Source: Minisyncoccia bacterium (lineage in GTDB: Bacteria; Patescibacteriota; Minisyncoccia; Phycocordibacterales; UBA9973). From it: a stretch of 64,000 nucleotides of DNA. The stretch lies in contig CBFIGQ010000047.1 in NCBI GenBank assembly GCA_965662335.1, forward strand, positions 13,131 to 77,130, given 5' to 3'. Position numbers and translations under genes: made by a program. This document shows, one piece after another, positions 50,040 through 62,109 of this stretch. The notes below the pieces were generated by a model. That model did not search any database. It was given only the letters and a program-made list of their open reading frames with translations, and was not told the origin of the DNA. The stretch's first letter is position 1; the number at the start of each line of letters is the position of its first letter.

Positions 50040-50732
50040 ATGAAAGACTTTACATCATTTGAGAAGTCACTCGGCATTACCTTTGCCAACAAAGAACTTC
50101 TCACGCACGCATTTATTCACCGCTCATATATCAACGAAAATCCGAAATCAGGCTTTCAGCACAACGAACGACTTGAGTTTCTCGGTGACGCAGTGATAGA
50201 ACTGGTTGTGACGGATTATCTGTACAATCAGTATCCTAATCATCACGAAGGAGATCTTACTGCATACCGCTCTGCACTCGTAAATGCAGTTATTATGGGA
50301 GAGGTTGCACAGTCACTGGGCATGAACGAGTACCTTCTTCTTTCAAAGGGTGAACAAAAGGATACAGGGAGGGCTCGTCAGACCATCCTTGCAAATACCT
50401 ATGAGTCATTTGTTGGGGCACTCTACCTTGATCAGGGATATGCATCGTGTGACACATTTGTAACCAAAACGCTTCTTAGTAAGCTCGAGGATATTATTAA
50501 AAACAAATCATGGAAAGATGCAAAAAGCCTCATTCAAGAAGAAGCTCAGGAGCGAGTAGGGGTAACACCATCGTATAGGGTTGTGTCAGAAACGGGTCCG
50601 GATCATGACAAGCACTTTACTATTGGAGTATTTTTTGGAGACCTGAAAATAGCTGAAGGTAAGGGTAGAAGCAAGCAAGAAGGGGAGCAAAAAGCAGCTC
50701 TAGCAGCTCTCACCAAGAAAGGCTGGCTCTAA
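50040..50732 (+). CDS. rnc: Ribonuclease III
   Basis: HNERLEFLGDAV signature; dsRBD GPDHDKHF..G.GRSKQEGEQ.AA. Confidence 0.98.
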   Translation: MKDFTSFEKSLGITFANKELLTHAFIHRSYINENPKSGFQHNERLEFLGDAVIELVVTDYLYNQYPNHHEGDLTAYRSALVNAVIMGEVAQSLGMNEYLLLSKGEQKDTGRARQTILANTYESFVGALYLDQGYASCDTFVTKTLLSKLEDIIKNKSWKDAKSLIQEEAQERVGVTPSYRVVSETGPDHDKHFTIGVFFGDLKIAEGKGRSKQEGEQKAALAALTKKGWL

Positions 50733-50811
50733 CACCGCCCCGTAGATAATACTTGACTTTTCCATATATTTGGTGTATAATATAGCCAAGTAAACATTAT
50801 AAATTATATAT

Positions 50812-51255
50812 ATGAAAAAGTTCTTTGTAATTGCATGTATTGTTTGCATTTCGATAGCGAAAGCTTCTGCACAAACATATGTCATTGACCCCAAATGGGC
50901 TGAGGCAATATTTCCTGAATACACAGGAGAATGGGTTGCCCAGCATACCGATGTGCAAGTGGTAGATGAGGAATTTCAGAAAAAATTCAAAAAACAATTG
51001 AAATCTGAATATTTCTTCTACAACACAAACTCCATGGGTAAAATCAGGCTTGGCGATACAGTGTTTATATTTCAAAACACTATTTACTACTCCATGCATG
51101 ACCAGTCATACGTAGATACAAAAAAGGCGTATGAAGAAAATTTGAGAAAAGCAAATGTGGTCAGAAAGCCCAAAGGCCATAAGGCAGGAGGAGCACTCCT
51201 CGCAATCGGTACCGGTCTTGTGCTCGGAGCAGTTGTCGGTATGTCGCAGCGATGA
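50812..51255 (+). CDS. Secreted ORFan with C-terminal TM anchor; own promoter and terminator
   Basis: Signal ASA/QT; TTGACT..TATAAT; terminator AAAGCATCCC-AAAAA-GGGATGCTTT. Confidence 0.7.
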   Translation: MKKFFVIACIVCISIAKASAQTYVIDPKWAEAIFPEYTGEWVAQHTDVQVVDEEFQKKFKKQLKSEYFFYNTNSMGKIRLGDTVFIFQNTIYYSMHDQSYVDTKKAYEENLRKANVVRKPKGHKAGGALLAIGTGLVLGAVVGMSQR

Positions 51256-51328
51256 TACTAAAAAACTATGAAAGCATCCCAAAAAGGGATGCTTTTTTAT
51301 TTGCTTAAAATGCTATACTTTTTCTATT

Positions 51329-53548
51329 ATGCGTCTCAAGCATATCGAAATCAGCGGCTTCAAATCATTTGCAAAGAAAAGCACGCTCTCCTTTACTGCG
51401 CCCGTCACCGCAGTTGTCGGGCCCAATGGGTCAGGCAAAAGTAACGTCGTCGAGGCATTTCGCTTTGTACTTGGAGAGCAATCTATGAAAAGCATGCGCG
51501 GTAAAAGCGGGGCTGATCTTATATTTAGAGGTTCGAGTGGTACTGCCAAGCTTTCACGTGCTGCGGTGAGTATCACGTTTGATAATAGCGACAAGGTATT
51601 TGCATTTCAAGGTGATTCTTCGAATACTCCTGTGCTCTTTGATACCATAACCTTCACTCGCGAGCTCTATGCCGATGGTACCAGTAAATATCTCTTGAAT
51701 GGCACCGAGATACGACTCAAGCAAATGGTAGAGTTACTCTCATCAGTACACATAGGTGGTTCAAGTCATCACATCATTTCTCAGGGTGAAGCTGACAGTG
51801 TACTGCGTGCGAGCCCTAGAGATAGGCGAGGCATACTCGAAGAAGCGCTTGGACTCAAGGTGTATCACTATCGCATCAAGGAGAGCGAAGCAAAACTTGT
51901 AAAGAGCACAGAAACACTCAAGGAAGTTCAGTCGCTCCGTCGTGAGCTTGCCCCCCATCTTTCTTTCCTCAAGAAACAAGTAGAGAAAATAGAAAAAGGA
52001 CGGAGCTTAAGGACTGAGCTCGAAGGCCTCATGCTCTCGTATCTCTCAAGCGAATCCGCGCACCTTCATGTTGAAGACGAGCACCTGCGAAGCGCTATGA
52101 AGCTCCTTCGCGATAAAAAAAATACTCTTGAGAATGAATTAGCCAATCTTCCCGATACTGCTACTCATACTGACACAACTACACCCGAGCTTCTCAAAGA
52201 GAAACATACGCTCGAAGAAATCCAAAACGAGAGACGAAGTCTTGAGAGTCGTATTGGCCGGCTTGAGGGAATGATTGAGGTAGAACGACGTCTCAGTACG
52301 GTGCAGTCTGGCCCCATTACCTTTTCTGAAGAAGAGTATCACGCGCTCCTTGGGGATATTGAAGAAGTCATACGTACTATTAGAGAGGCGAAGAGTATGG
52401 AAGGTGTGGAGCAGGGGGTGAGACGCCTTGAGCCTATTATTACAAGACTTAAAGATCGTGAACCAAAAAAGAATGTACAGGCACCTGGAGCCCTCCACGA
52501 CATAGCACTTGAGCTAGAAGACCTGCAAAAAAAGCTTACCCTACTCATTGCTCGAGAAGCACAGAGTAAGGAGCGCATCGCCGCGATCGAGATTGCTCGA
52601 GAACAAGAGCGTGCGCAAAAAGAAGAACAACACTCCAAGCGGTATGAACTTCGCGCAGACCTCACCAATACAAATGCAGACCTCAGTATTATCGAAAGTA
52701 AGCATAGCGTATTTCTGGAACGAAAGGCGCTCTATGATAGCGAGCTCAAAGAAGCTGCGTTTCTCTTTGGTTCGCAGTTTTTGCATACTCTGAAAGAGAC
52801 AAAAGGAATGCCTGAGCTCGATCTTGTCGACATCAAGCGAACTATTGATCGCCTCAAAATCAGACTTGACGAACATACAGGTATCGGTCAGGAAGTCGTA
52901 GGAGAGTACGAATCAACGCTTCAGCGCGATGCTTTCCTCTCTCGCGAAGTTGCAGATATCGAAGGCAGTATTCGGAACCTAGAGACTCTCATCATTGACC
53001 TCAAAAAGGTACTTGATGAAAAATTTACGGGCGGCGTAACTGTTATTAATGAGCGATTTAGCGAATTCTTCAAGACTATGTTTGGAGGAGGAAGCGCATT
53101 TCTCGAAGTAACAGTGGAAAAGAAAAAGAAGCGCAAGAGTGACGAGGACTTTGACGAGGAATCCTATCAAGAGGAAGATGAGCGCTTTATGGAGCGGGGT
53201 ATAGAAGTCCATGTAAACCTTCCAGAAAAGAAAGTGAAAGAACTTACCATGCTCTCGGGTGGTGAGCGCTCGCTGGTCTCTATTGCGCTTCTCTTTGCGA
53301 TCTCTCAGGTCAACCCGCCGCCATTTTTAGTGCTTGATGAGACTGATGCGGCGCTCGATGAGGCAAACTCTCGCCGCTATGGAGACATGATTGAGCGACT
53401 TTCAGCATACTCACAGCTCATCGTGGTGACACACAACCGCGAGACTATGAGCCGTGCCCAGGTTCTCTATGGCGTAACGCTCGGTGCTGATGGAGGCTCT
53501 AAACTTCTCTCGATCAAGTTTGATGAGGCAGTAAAGGTAGCGAAGTAG
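51329..53548 (+). CDS. smc: Short SMC-family ATPase
   Basis: GFKSF, GPNGSGKSN, ISQG, LSGGE, LDETDAALD, VTH; only 739 aa. Confidence 0.9.
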   Translation: MRLKHIEISGFKSFAKKSTLSFTAPVTAVVGPNGSGKSNVVEAFRFVLGEQSMKSMRGKSGADLIFRGSSGTAKLSRAAVSITFDNSDKVFAFQGDSSNTPVLFDTITFTRELYADGTSKYLLNGTEIRLKQMVELLSSVHIGGSSHHIISQGEADSVLRASPRDRRGILEEALGLKVYHYRIKESEAKLVKSTETLKEVQSLRRELAPHLSFLKKQVEKIEKGRSLRTELEGLMLSYLSSESAHLHVEDEHLRSAMKLLRDKKNTLENELANLPDTATHTDTTTPELLKEKHTLEEIQNERRSLESRIGRLEGMIEVERRLSTVQSGPITFSEEEYHALLGDIEEVIRTIREAKSMEGVEQGVRRLEPIITRLKDREPKKNVQAPGALHDIALELEDLQKKLTLLIAREAQSKERIAAIEIAREQERAQKEEQHSKRYELRADLTNTNADLSIIESKHSVFLERKALYDSELKEAAFLFGSQFLHTLKETKGMPELDLVDIKRTIDRLKIRLDEHTGIGQEVVGEYESTLQRDAFLSREVADIEGSIRNLETLIIDLKKVLDEKFTGGVTVINERFSEFFKTMFGGGSAFLEVTVEKKKKRKSDEDFDEESYQEEDERFMERGIEVHVNLPEKKVKELTMLSGGERSLVSIALLFAISQVNPPPFLVLDETDAALDEANSRRYGDMIERLSAYSQLIVVTHNRETMSRAQVLYGVTLGADGGSKLLSIKFDEAVKVAK

Positions 53549-53575
53549 GTCAAAATCTGATATACCTAAATAAAA

Positions 53576-53779
53576 ATGAACAGTGAACCCTTAGACATTA
53601 CTGCACTAACTGAAGAGGATAAAATATTATTACGTGAAATTAAGGAAGGGAAGCATGAGTGTAAACATTGTAAGGAGCTTGCTGCAGGTTTAAATGCTCT
53701 AAAGCAACCTGTTTGCGACATCCCAACAAATCATTCCTCAGAAGACTGTGCGGTTTACAAACCAGAAGATGTATTATAA
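53576..53779 (+). CDS. Small Cys/His-rich ORFan
   Basis: HECKHC...C....H...C possible metal site; TGATATACC -10-like box upstream. Confidence 0.5.
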   Translation: MNSEPLDITALTEEDKILLREIKEGKHECKHCKELAAGLNALKQPVCDIPTNHSSEDCAVYKPEDVL

Positions 53780-53791
53780 TGCAGTTCCCCA

Positions 53792-55075
53792 TTAAAGTAG
53801 GGGAACTTTTTCTTTTATAATATCTTCAAGCTTGATACCTCTAGAACCTTTTAGAAAAATATTTCTTTTATTAAGATCAAGGTTTCTAAACACTTCTTTT
53901 GCAGAGGCGCTATCATTAAAGAAGGTGAATGGAAATTCATCTTTGTATTGACTAAAGCGGGGCCCGACACACCATACTGTGTCATGTGTATCAGCCTGCT
54001 TCTGTAGCAGTGTAAGTATTTCTAGATGAAGGACTGATTCACTGTCGCCCATTTCTAGCATATCGCCGACAATATACAGGCGTGTTCCTGCTTGAGTGTC
54101 CTTGGTAAAATCTTGCAGAGCCAGACTCATGCTACTTGGGTTTGCATTATAACAATCAAGAATAAGCGTATACCCGTCTTTTCGTATCACCTGAGAGCGC
54201 TTTAATGAAGGCTCATATTTTAGTATTGAGTCCTGTATATCAAGCATTGGGACGTTGAAATATTCACCTAAAGCTATTGCAGCTAGGATATTTGGTTCAT
54301 TGTATGCACCAAATAGTGATGATTTGAATTCAGTATCACCATATAGTACACCTGCATAGAGAGACGATGTACTACTACTTTGTTTTGTTGGGTATAGAGT
54401 TCGATCAAGATACTGACTGTCTTCAGTTAAATCAGGAATATTTTTGTTCACAAACAAATGGGCGCCGTGTACTCGCGCCCAATCATATATTTCTTTATTT
54501 GCAGCGCGAACACCTGCAATCGAACCAAACCCTTCAAGATGGTCCATGCCATTATTGGTAACGAGAATGTGGGTAGGGTAGAGAATATTCATAAGCTCTG
54601 TGTGTTCATTGGGATGATTTGCGCCAATCTCTATCACTGCAATCTGTGTATCAAGGGGCATGGAAAGAAGAGTTTGCGGTACCCCAATACTATTATTTAG
54701 GTTTCCCTTCGTGGTGTGCACTCGATACTTTGTTGAAAGCACCGCATGTACCAGTTCCTTTGTTGTCGTTTTTCCATTTGAGCCACCAATTGCTAGTATC
54801 GGAATATCGAGTTGGGTTCGATGAAATGTTGCAAGTTCTTGAAGGGTTTTTAATGTGTCAGGCACCATAATATATCTTTCACCTATTTGATAATCGGGGT
54901 TGCTGATGATCGCATATGACGCGCCTTTTTTGATAGCTTCCTCGGCAAAAGCATTTCCATCAAAAGTATCTCCAGAGAGGGCGACAAAAAGGTCTCCTTG
55001 TTTTACGGTTCGCGTGTCAGTTGAAATCTGATAGTCTGCACGTTTGTATAATTCGTACAGCTCTTTTGTTTGCAT
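53792..55075 (-). CDS. murF: UDP-MurNAc-tripeptide--D-Ala-D-Ala ligase
   Basis: STDTR, GSNGKTTTKE, GNLNNSIG, EIGANH, DCYNANPSSM, GDMLEMG, KGSRG. Confidence 0.95.
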   Translation of the reverse strand: MQTKELYELYKRADYQISTDTRTVKQGDLFVALSGDTFDGNAFAEEAIKKGASYAIISNPDYQIGERYIMVPDTLKTLQELATFHRTQLDIPILAIGGSNGKTTTKELVHAVLSTKYRVHTTKGNLNNSIGVPQTLLSMPLDTQIAVIEIGANHPNEHTELMNILYPTHILVTNNGMDHLEGFGSIAGVRAANKEIYDWARVHGAHLFVNKNIPDLTEDSQYLDRTLYPTKQSSSTSSLYAGVLYGDTEFKSSLFGAYNEPNILAAIALGEYFNVPMLDIQDSILKYEPSLKRSQVIRKDGYTLILDCYNANPSSMSLALQDFTKDTQAGTRLYIVGDMLEMGDSESVLHLEILTLLQKQADTHDTVWCVGPRFSQYKDEFPFTFFNDSASAKEVFRNLDLNKRNIFLKGSRGIKLEDIIKEKVPLL

Positions 55076-55139
55076 ACCTAAAGTATAGCGTATTGCCTTT
55101 TTCTTTAAAAAAGATAGCATATACGCAAATTATGGTTAT

Positions 55140-55595
55140 ATGTACCAGTCAGAACTACTCCGACAGAAATTAAAAAATAAGGAAATAAGGATTTCGCTTT
55201 GGTCATCTACTTTACTGGTACTTGTGATTTTAGAACAAGGAACAGAAATTCATAGAATAAAATCAGACAAAGGAATTAGGCATGTATGTATCGCGGTTGC
55301 GGCGTATTTGCTTGACGATCCACAGCTTGTTCTTTATGAAAAAAGTATCGTGTACCCACTCAGTATTGTTTCTACAAGCCCGCTTGATTATTTTTTTATA
55401 AATAGTCGATATATACGAATATATATTGTAGCGGATAGGTTTCAAATAGATGCTCATCAAGTTTCGCTACCTGAGTTTGATGCGATCCCAGGCTTGTATT
55501 ATAAGCGAGGTATAGGTAAAACATTTGGCGCAGCGCTACGAACACTCCTAAAGTCTCCGTATTACCCTGAAATTCCTGTCACTCAACCTACCTGA
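55140..55595 (+). CDS. AT-rich ORFan
   Basis: 151-aa ORF followed by hairpin AAGACCTTG..TAAGGTCTT. Confidence 0.55.
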   Translation: MYQSELLRQKLKNKEIRISLWSSTLLVLVILEQGTEIHRIKSDKGIRHVCIAVAAYLLDDPQLVLYEKSIVYPLSIVSTSPLDYFFINSRYIRIYIVADRFQIDAHQVSLPEFDAIPGLYYKRGIGKTFGAALRTLLKSPYYPEIPVTQPT

Positions 55596-55695
55596 AGACC
55601 TTGTTTTGCAATAAGGTCTTTTTATTTGACAAAAATCGAAAGGAGAGTATTATATCTTTCTTAAGTTCTTTCTTCACCCATTAAATAGTCACTGT

Positions 55696-55983
55696 ATGCC
55701 AAGATTGTTACTTGTCGTTGGGCTTATTTATTTTGGTGTAATGATGGTCAAGGGCTTTGCACGATACCATACCGACTCACCTGGAGAGAAAACCCAGTAC
55801 AAAGTCTATGGGATGCTTGTAAATGACCCAAACGAACTTCCTCCTACGCAACGAGCGATAGCTATTCGTCCTCTGTACGCAACTCGCTCAGTAGTAGCAG
55901 GGCCAAAGACTTGTAAAATGCTTCGGACAGCATTTTACCCATCATTGCACTGTCCTGAGTTGGGACTGAGCTGTATTACTTAG
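55696..55983 (+). CDS. Small membrane-anchored ORFan
   Basis: TTGACA-N17-TATTAT promoter, N-terminal hydrophobic helix. Confidence 0.55.
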   Translation: MPRLLLVVGLIYFGVMMVKGFARYHTDSPGEKTQYKVYGMLVNDPNELPPTQRAIAIRPLYATRSVVAGPKTCKMLRTAFYPSLHCPELGLSCIT

Positions 55984-56059
55984 ACGAAAAGTAATATCGC
56001 TCTCAAACCGTCCTGGAAGTCTAAGATTTCCAGGGCTTTTTTGCTGCCTGGGTACCTGC

Positions 56060-56087
56060 TTGACTTCCTACTCCTATCGACTATAAT
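56060..56087 (+). promoter_or_regulatory. Promoter of the stand-alone 16S gene
   Basis: TTGACT-N16-TATAAT; boxA-like CATTCTTTAACAA at ~56135. Confidence 0.8.
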
Positions 56088-56268
56088 AGGGGTCGCTCTC
56101 CAAACTCTCTGGAAACTCTCCGGGGATTTGAGGGCATTCTTTAACAATTGCATACATGCATTAAAAGAATGCGAGTCAACACAATCTATTTATAGAAAAT
56201 GGATAACAATAATCCAGTGACAAGGGAATCATTTTTCTCTTGTCTCGATCTAAGTCACATTTGTGACT

Positions 56269-57875
<1,607 letters not shown>

Positions 57876-58067
57876 CAAATTGAGATAGTCTCGTATACGT
57901 CATGTATACGGATTGAAACGGTTGACTCATCTTTTTGATGAGAAGGTTGTGGTAAGTGACCTATGTACTTACTCGCTGCCCAAGCGTTAGAAAGGCAAAA
58001 ATCCTTTGCGTGAATCTATAGAGCACGGAAAGGTTAGATCGAGACAATAGAAAGATGGTACTATATC

Positions 58068-58511
58068 TTGGTGACTCGCATTCTTACTGCATGTATCGCA
58101 CTTGTCGCAATCGGAGCATTCCTTGGAATGCTCCTTTTGCGTTCTCAAGTAGTCCCGTCTATTCGTACCCGTACGACCAGTATTCCCGTGCAGCTTGCGC
58201 GTACTACGAGCGAGCTCAAGCAAGGTCTCTCTGGTACCTCGTCGCTACCAGTCGGCACCGGCATGCTCTTTATATTTGAGCACCCAGGCGGGTATGGGTT
58301 TTGGATGAAGGATATGCAGTATCCACTCGATATTGTCTGGATGGATGAGAACCTCAGAGTGGTAGAGATAACACAACATCTCACTCCCGAGACTTTTCCT
58401 GAAGTGACTTATCCACAGGTTCCGGTCAAATACGTACTCGAACTCAATGCGGACACCGCAAAACAAGGTGGTTTTGTAATAGGAGAGAAAGTAAAATTGA
58501 GGGGCTACTAG
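58068..58511 (+). CDS. DUF192 family protein
   Basis: LART..E..QGL, GMLFIF, FWMKDM..PLDI, YVLELNA. Confidence 0.9.
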   Translation: MVTRILTACIALVAIGAFLGMLLLRSQVVPSIRTRTTSIPVQLARTTSELKQGLSGTSSLPVGTGMLFIFEHPGGYGFWMKDMQYPLDIVWMDENLRVVEITQHLTPETFPEVTYPQVPVKYVLELNADTAKQGGFVIGEKVKLRGY

Positions 58512-58659
58512 ATTTTGTTCGAAAACGATAACAAATGCTCTGTATTTATAATGCTCATCGAACGTGGTGCTTTACAATGTATGCAAACTATTTTCTGTAG
58601 ATGAATTTCGATGCAAAAATTCTGGCGAAGCCTTCGAATTTTGTATACTTGATACATTC

Positions 58660-59931
58660 ATGTCTATCAATCAAGTACGCAAACGAAGTGGAATGGTGGT
58701 TGAGTACGACCGTGCACGCATAGAGTCTGCTATTTCTCGCGCATACCAGGCCTCAAAGGTCTTGCTTGATATTGTGTCACTCTCAGACCTTGTTGATGCA
58801 GTCGAAGTGATGATCAACGACGCTTTCCCACAAGGCCATATCCCAGAAGTTGAAGAAATCCAGAACATCGTCGAAAAGGCAATTGCTGCAAAAGGTGATT
58901 TTGAGGTTGCAAAGGCATATATTTTGTATCGTGAGGAGCGCAATAAGGAACGACGTCGTGATATCTTTAAAAAGCGTGTGTACCTCAAGCCTTATGAATA
59001 CCCCGAACTCTATGAGTACGTAAACGCTATTCGACACTCATACTGGATCCATACTGAGTTCAACTTTGTGGGCGATGTGCAAAATTTCAAGGTCAATGTT
59101 GATGAAGTAGAGCGCAGTGCGATCAAAAACTCCATGCTCGCCATCGCGCAAATCGAAGTTGCGGTTAAAACATTTTGGGGTGATATCTACAAAAAGCTCC
59201 CAAAACCAGAGATTGGAGCAGTGGGAGCGACCTTTGCTGAAAGTGAAGTGCGCCACACCGATGCGTACGCGCACCTCCTTGAAATTCTTGGACTTAATGA
59301 GGCTTTCAAATCAATCGGAGAGATTCCTGCGCTTATGAAGCGTGTGCAGTACCTAGAAAAGTCGCTTTCAAATGCACGCAGCGAAGACAATAGAGACTAC
59401 TCTCAAGCAATACTTCTATTTTCACTCTTTATAGAGCACGTATCACTTTTCTCACAGTTCTTGGTGATGATGTCGTTTAATAAGTACAAAAACCTCTTTA
59501 AAGGCATCAGTAATGCGGTCGAAGCAACGAGCAAAGAAGAGCAAATTCATGGACTCTTTGGTATTGAAGTTATCAATATTATTAAGGAAGAACACCCTGA
59601 GTGGTTTGATGATACCTTTGAGGAAGATGTTATCAAGCTGTGCGAAGAAGCATTTGAATCAGAGCAGCAAGTCGTTGAGTGGATCTTTGAAAAGGGCGAG
59701 CTCGAGTTCCTCCCCAAAGCCGTCGTCATTGAGTTCATCAAACATCGCTTTAACAATTCTCTCCAGAGTATCGGTATCCGCAAGATATTTGAGACAGACG
59801 AGTCGCTACTCAAGGAGTCGGATTGGTTCTATGATGAAGTGATTGCAACGAAACACGGTGACTTCTTCAACAAGAAATCCATCAACTACAACAAAAAGAG
59901 TAAGAGTATTACCAGCGATGATTTATTTTAA
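58660..59931 (+). CDS. nrdB: Ribonucleotide reductase beta subunit with N-terminal ATP-cone (class Id/NrdBi-like)
   Basis: VRKRSG.VVEYD..RI ATP-cone; AQIEVAVK, ESEVRH..AY, IEHVSLFSQF, EEQIHG ligands. Confidence 0.92.
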   Translation: MSINQVRKRSGMVVEYDRARIESAISRAYQASKVLLDIVSLSDLVDAVEVMINDAFPQGHIPEVEEIQNIVEKAIAAKGDFEVAKAYILYREERNKERRRDIFKKRVYLKPYEYPELYEYVNAIRHSYWIHTEFNFVGDVQNFKVNVDEVERSAIKNSMLAIAQIEVAVKTFWGDIYKKLPKPEIGAVGATFAESEVRHTDAYAHLLEILGLNEAFKSIGEIPALMKRVQYLEKSLSNARSEDNRDYSQAILLFSLFIEHVSLFSQFLVMMSFNKYKNLFKGISNAVEATSKEEQIHGLFGIEVINIIKEEHPEWFDDTFEEDVIKLCEEAFESEQQVVEWIFEKGELEFLPKAVVIEFIKHRFNNSLQSIGIRKIFETDESLLKESDWFYDEVIATKHGDFFNKKSINYNKKSKSITSDDLF

Positions 59932-59937
59932 AATAGT

Positions 59938-61656
59938 ATGTATTGGCTAAACGAAAACAGTAGAAAATTCTTGGCAAAAGGCTATCTCATGAACGGACAG
60001 TCTGCCGAAGACCGTATCCGTGAGATTGCAACCATTGCAGAAAAGCATCTCGGAAAGCCTGGTTTTGCCGATAAGTTTTATGACTATATGTCTCGCGGCT
60101 TTTACTCACTTGCAACTCCTATCTGGGCCAACTATGGGCACACTCGGGGGCTTCCGATCAGTTGTTTCGGATCATACGTTGCAGATGACATGTCTCGTAT
60201 ACTGTACACGCATGCAGAAGTCGGCATGATGACCAAGTACGGAGGTGGTACTTCTGCGTACTTTGGAGACCTCAGACCACGCGGTGCTGAGATCAAGGGT
60301 AACGGACACTCGTCTGGGTCTGTGCACTTCATGGAGCTCTTTGATGGACTCATCAACATTGTCTCGCAGGGCACGGTGCGCCGTGGCCACTGCGCGCCCT
60401 ACCTACCTGTTGAACACGGAGACATTGATGAATTTTTAAATATTGGAAAAGAGGGACATCCGATCCAGGAGTCTACCTATGCGATCACAGTTGGAGACGA
60501 GTGGCTCAAGGCAATGGTTGGAGGCGACCAAGCAAAGCGCGCTATTTGGGCCAAGGTTATCCAGCGCCGCACTGAGATAGGCTACCCATACATTCTCTTT
60601 AGCGATACTGTTAATAACAATACCGTAGATGTCTACAAAGACAAGGGGGTGCGTATCTACGGCAGCAACCTCTGTTCTGAGATCTGTTTACCAACTGCGG
60701 ATGATATATCCTTTGTGTGCTGCCTTTCTTCAATAAACCTTCGCCACTACGAAGAATGGAAAGACACCGATGCAGTCGAAACACTCACCATGTTCCTCGA
60801 CACGGTGATCGGAGAATTCGTCGAACGCCTCGAAGCAATGCGAGACAGCAGCGACTCGCAAAAGCAATCTGCCTTTTACTTCATGCAACGCGCACACAAG
60901 TTCGCCAAAGAGCACCGCGCGCTTGGCCTCGGAGTGCTCGGGTGGCATACACTGCTTCAGGAGCGCAATATTCCATTCGAAAGCGCCGAAGCAGCCGCAC
61001 TTAACGAAGAGATCTTCAAGCTTCTCAAAGAAAAGGCATACGCAGCGTCTACGCAGATGGCCAAAGACTACGGAGAACCAGAAGTCCTCAAAGGCTACGG
61101 CCGCCGCAACACCACACTTCTTGCGGTTGCACCAACCACCTCAAGTGCATTTATTCTTGGGCAAGTTTCGCAAGGCATTGAGCCGCTTATGAGTAACGCC
61201 TTTGTGAAAGACGTCGACAAAATGAAAGTCACTATCAAAAATCCGACACTTGTTGCACTTCTTGAAGAAAAGGGAATGAATACTCCTGAGATCTGGAACA
61301 GTATTCGTGACAACGACGGTTCAGTGCAGCACCTCGACGGACTCACCGATCATGAAAAGAAAGTCTTCCGAACCTTTGCCGAGATAGATCAAAAGGCAAT
61401 CATTGACCAAGCTGCGACACGTCAGCAGTACATCGACCAAGCGCAGTCGCTCAACATCATGATCGATCCAAGTATTCCAGCGAAGGATCTCAACGCGCTC
61501 TATCTCTACGCATGGGAGAAAGGTATCAAGACCCTCTACTACCAGCACTCTATGAATGCAGCGCAGCAGTTTGGTCGCAAGAAGCTCCAAGAGCAAGATG
61601 CCAAGAAGCCCAAAGTCATGGTGATGGGGGAGGTGTGTGTAAACTGCGAGGCGTAA
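59938..61656 (+). CDS. nrdA: Ribonucleotide reductase alpha subunit without ATP-cone
   Basis: PISCF, SNLCSEI, VCCLSS, APTTSS, KTLYY, C-terminal CVNCEA. Confidence 0.95.
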   Translation: MYWLNENSRKFLAKGYLMNGQSAEDRIREIATIAEKHLGKPGFADKFYDYMSRGFYSLATPIWANYGHTRGLPISCFGSYVADDMSRILYTHAEVGMMTKYGGGTSAYFGDLRPRGAEIKGNGHSSGSVHFMELFDGLINIVSQGTVRRGHCAPYLPVEHGDIDEFLNIGKEGHPIQESTYAITVGDEWLKAMVGGDQAKRAIWAKVIQRRTEIGYPYILFSDTVNNNTVDVYKDKGVRIYGSNLCSEICLPTADDISFVCCLSSINLRHYEEWKDTDAVETLTMFLDTVIGEFVERLEAMRDSSDSQKQSAFYFMQRAHKFAKEHRALGLGVLGWHTLLQERNIPFESAEAAALNEEIFKLLKEKAYAASTQMAKDYGEPEVLKGYGRRNTTLLAVAPTTSSAFILGQVSQGIEPLMSNAFVKDVDKMKVTIKNPTLVALLEEKGMNTPEIWNSIRDNDGSVQHLDGLTDHEKKVFRTFAEIDQKAIIDQAATRQQYIDQAQSLNIMIDPSIPAKDLNALYLYAWEKGIKTLYYQHSMNAAQQFGRKKLQEQDAKKPKVMVMGEVCVNCEA

Positions 61657-61699
61657 AAAGTGATATAATCAGTCTATTACTAAATAAATCAATAAATAT

Positions 61700-62020
61700 A
61701 TGGGAATGGAAGGGTTTCCTTCAATGGAAAACAAGAAAGATATACCAGATAATATTTCTCAAGATAAGAAAGAGCGTTTTGAGAGCGGGGAGTGGAAAAT
61801 GATGAATACAGAGCCGATTCATCTAACGCAAGAAGAGTTAAATTTAGTTGAGAATGGAAAGGTAGATAGTCCTGAGGTTCAAAAACTTCTTGCCGAAAAA
61901 GGTATAGAATTTGGTGACGGTCACTTTTATAGAGTCAATGATGGAGCTATTATGGAGTTTGGATCTGATATGGGTACTTCGTTGATCACCAATAGCGATG
62001 AAATTATAAGTAGTAGTTAG
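61700..62020 (+). CDS. Acidic ORFan
   Basis: TGATATAAT extended -10 upstream; AT-rich 106-aa ORF. Confidence 0.6.
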   Translation: MGMEGFPSMENKKDIPDNISQDKKERFESGEWKMMNTEPIHLTQEELNLVENGKVDSPEVQKLLAEKGIEFGDGHFYRVNDGAIMEFGSDMGTSLITNSDEIISSS

Positions 62021-62056
62021 TATTGTAATTTTCAGGAAAATTTGTATAGTGTCTTT

Positions 62057-62109
62057 GTTGTACCGAACGATCGCGCTTGGCTCGCAAGAGTCAGGTGAGG
62101 AAAGTCCGA
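62057..62109 (+). pseudogene. Diverged 5' fragment of RNase P RNA (P1-P2-P3-P4 5' strand)
   Basis: GTTGTACCGAACGATCGCG-[hairpin]-TGAGGAAAGTCCGA vs GTTGCACCGCACGATCGCG-[hairpin]-TGAGGAAAGTCCGA at 63484. Confidence 0.85.

Noticed and set aside
58057-58600. NrdR boxes (GTACTATATCTTGG, CTACTAGATTTTGT)
   Set aside because: Only partial matches, not in the usual tandem arrangement; one overlaps a likely -10 box; no nrdR in the window
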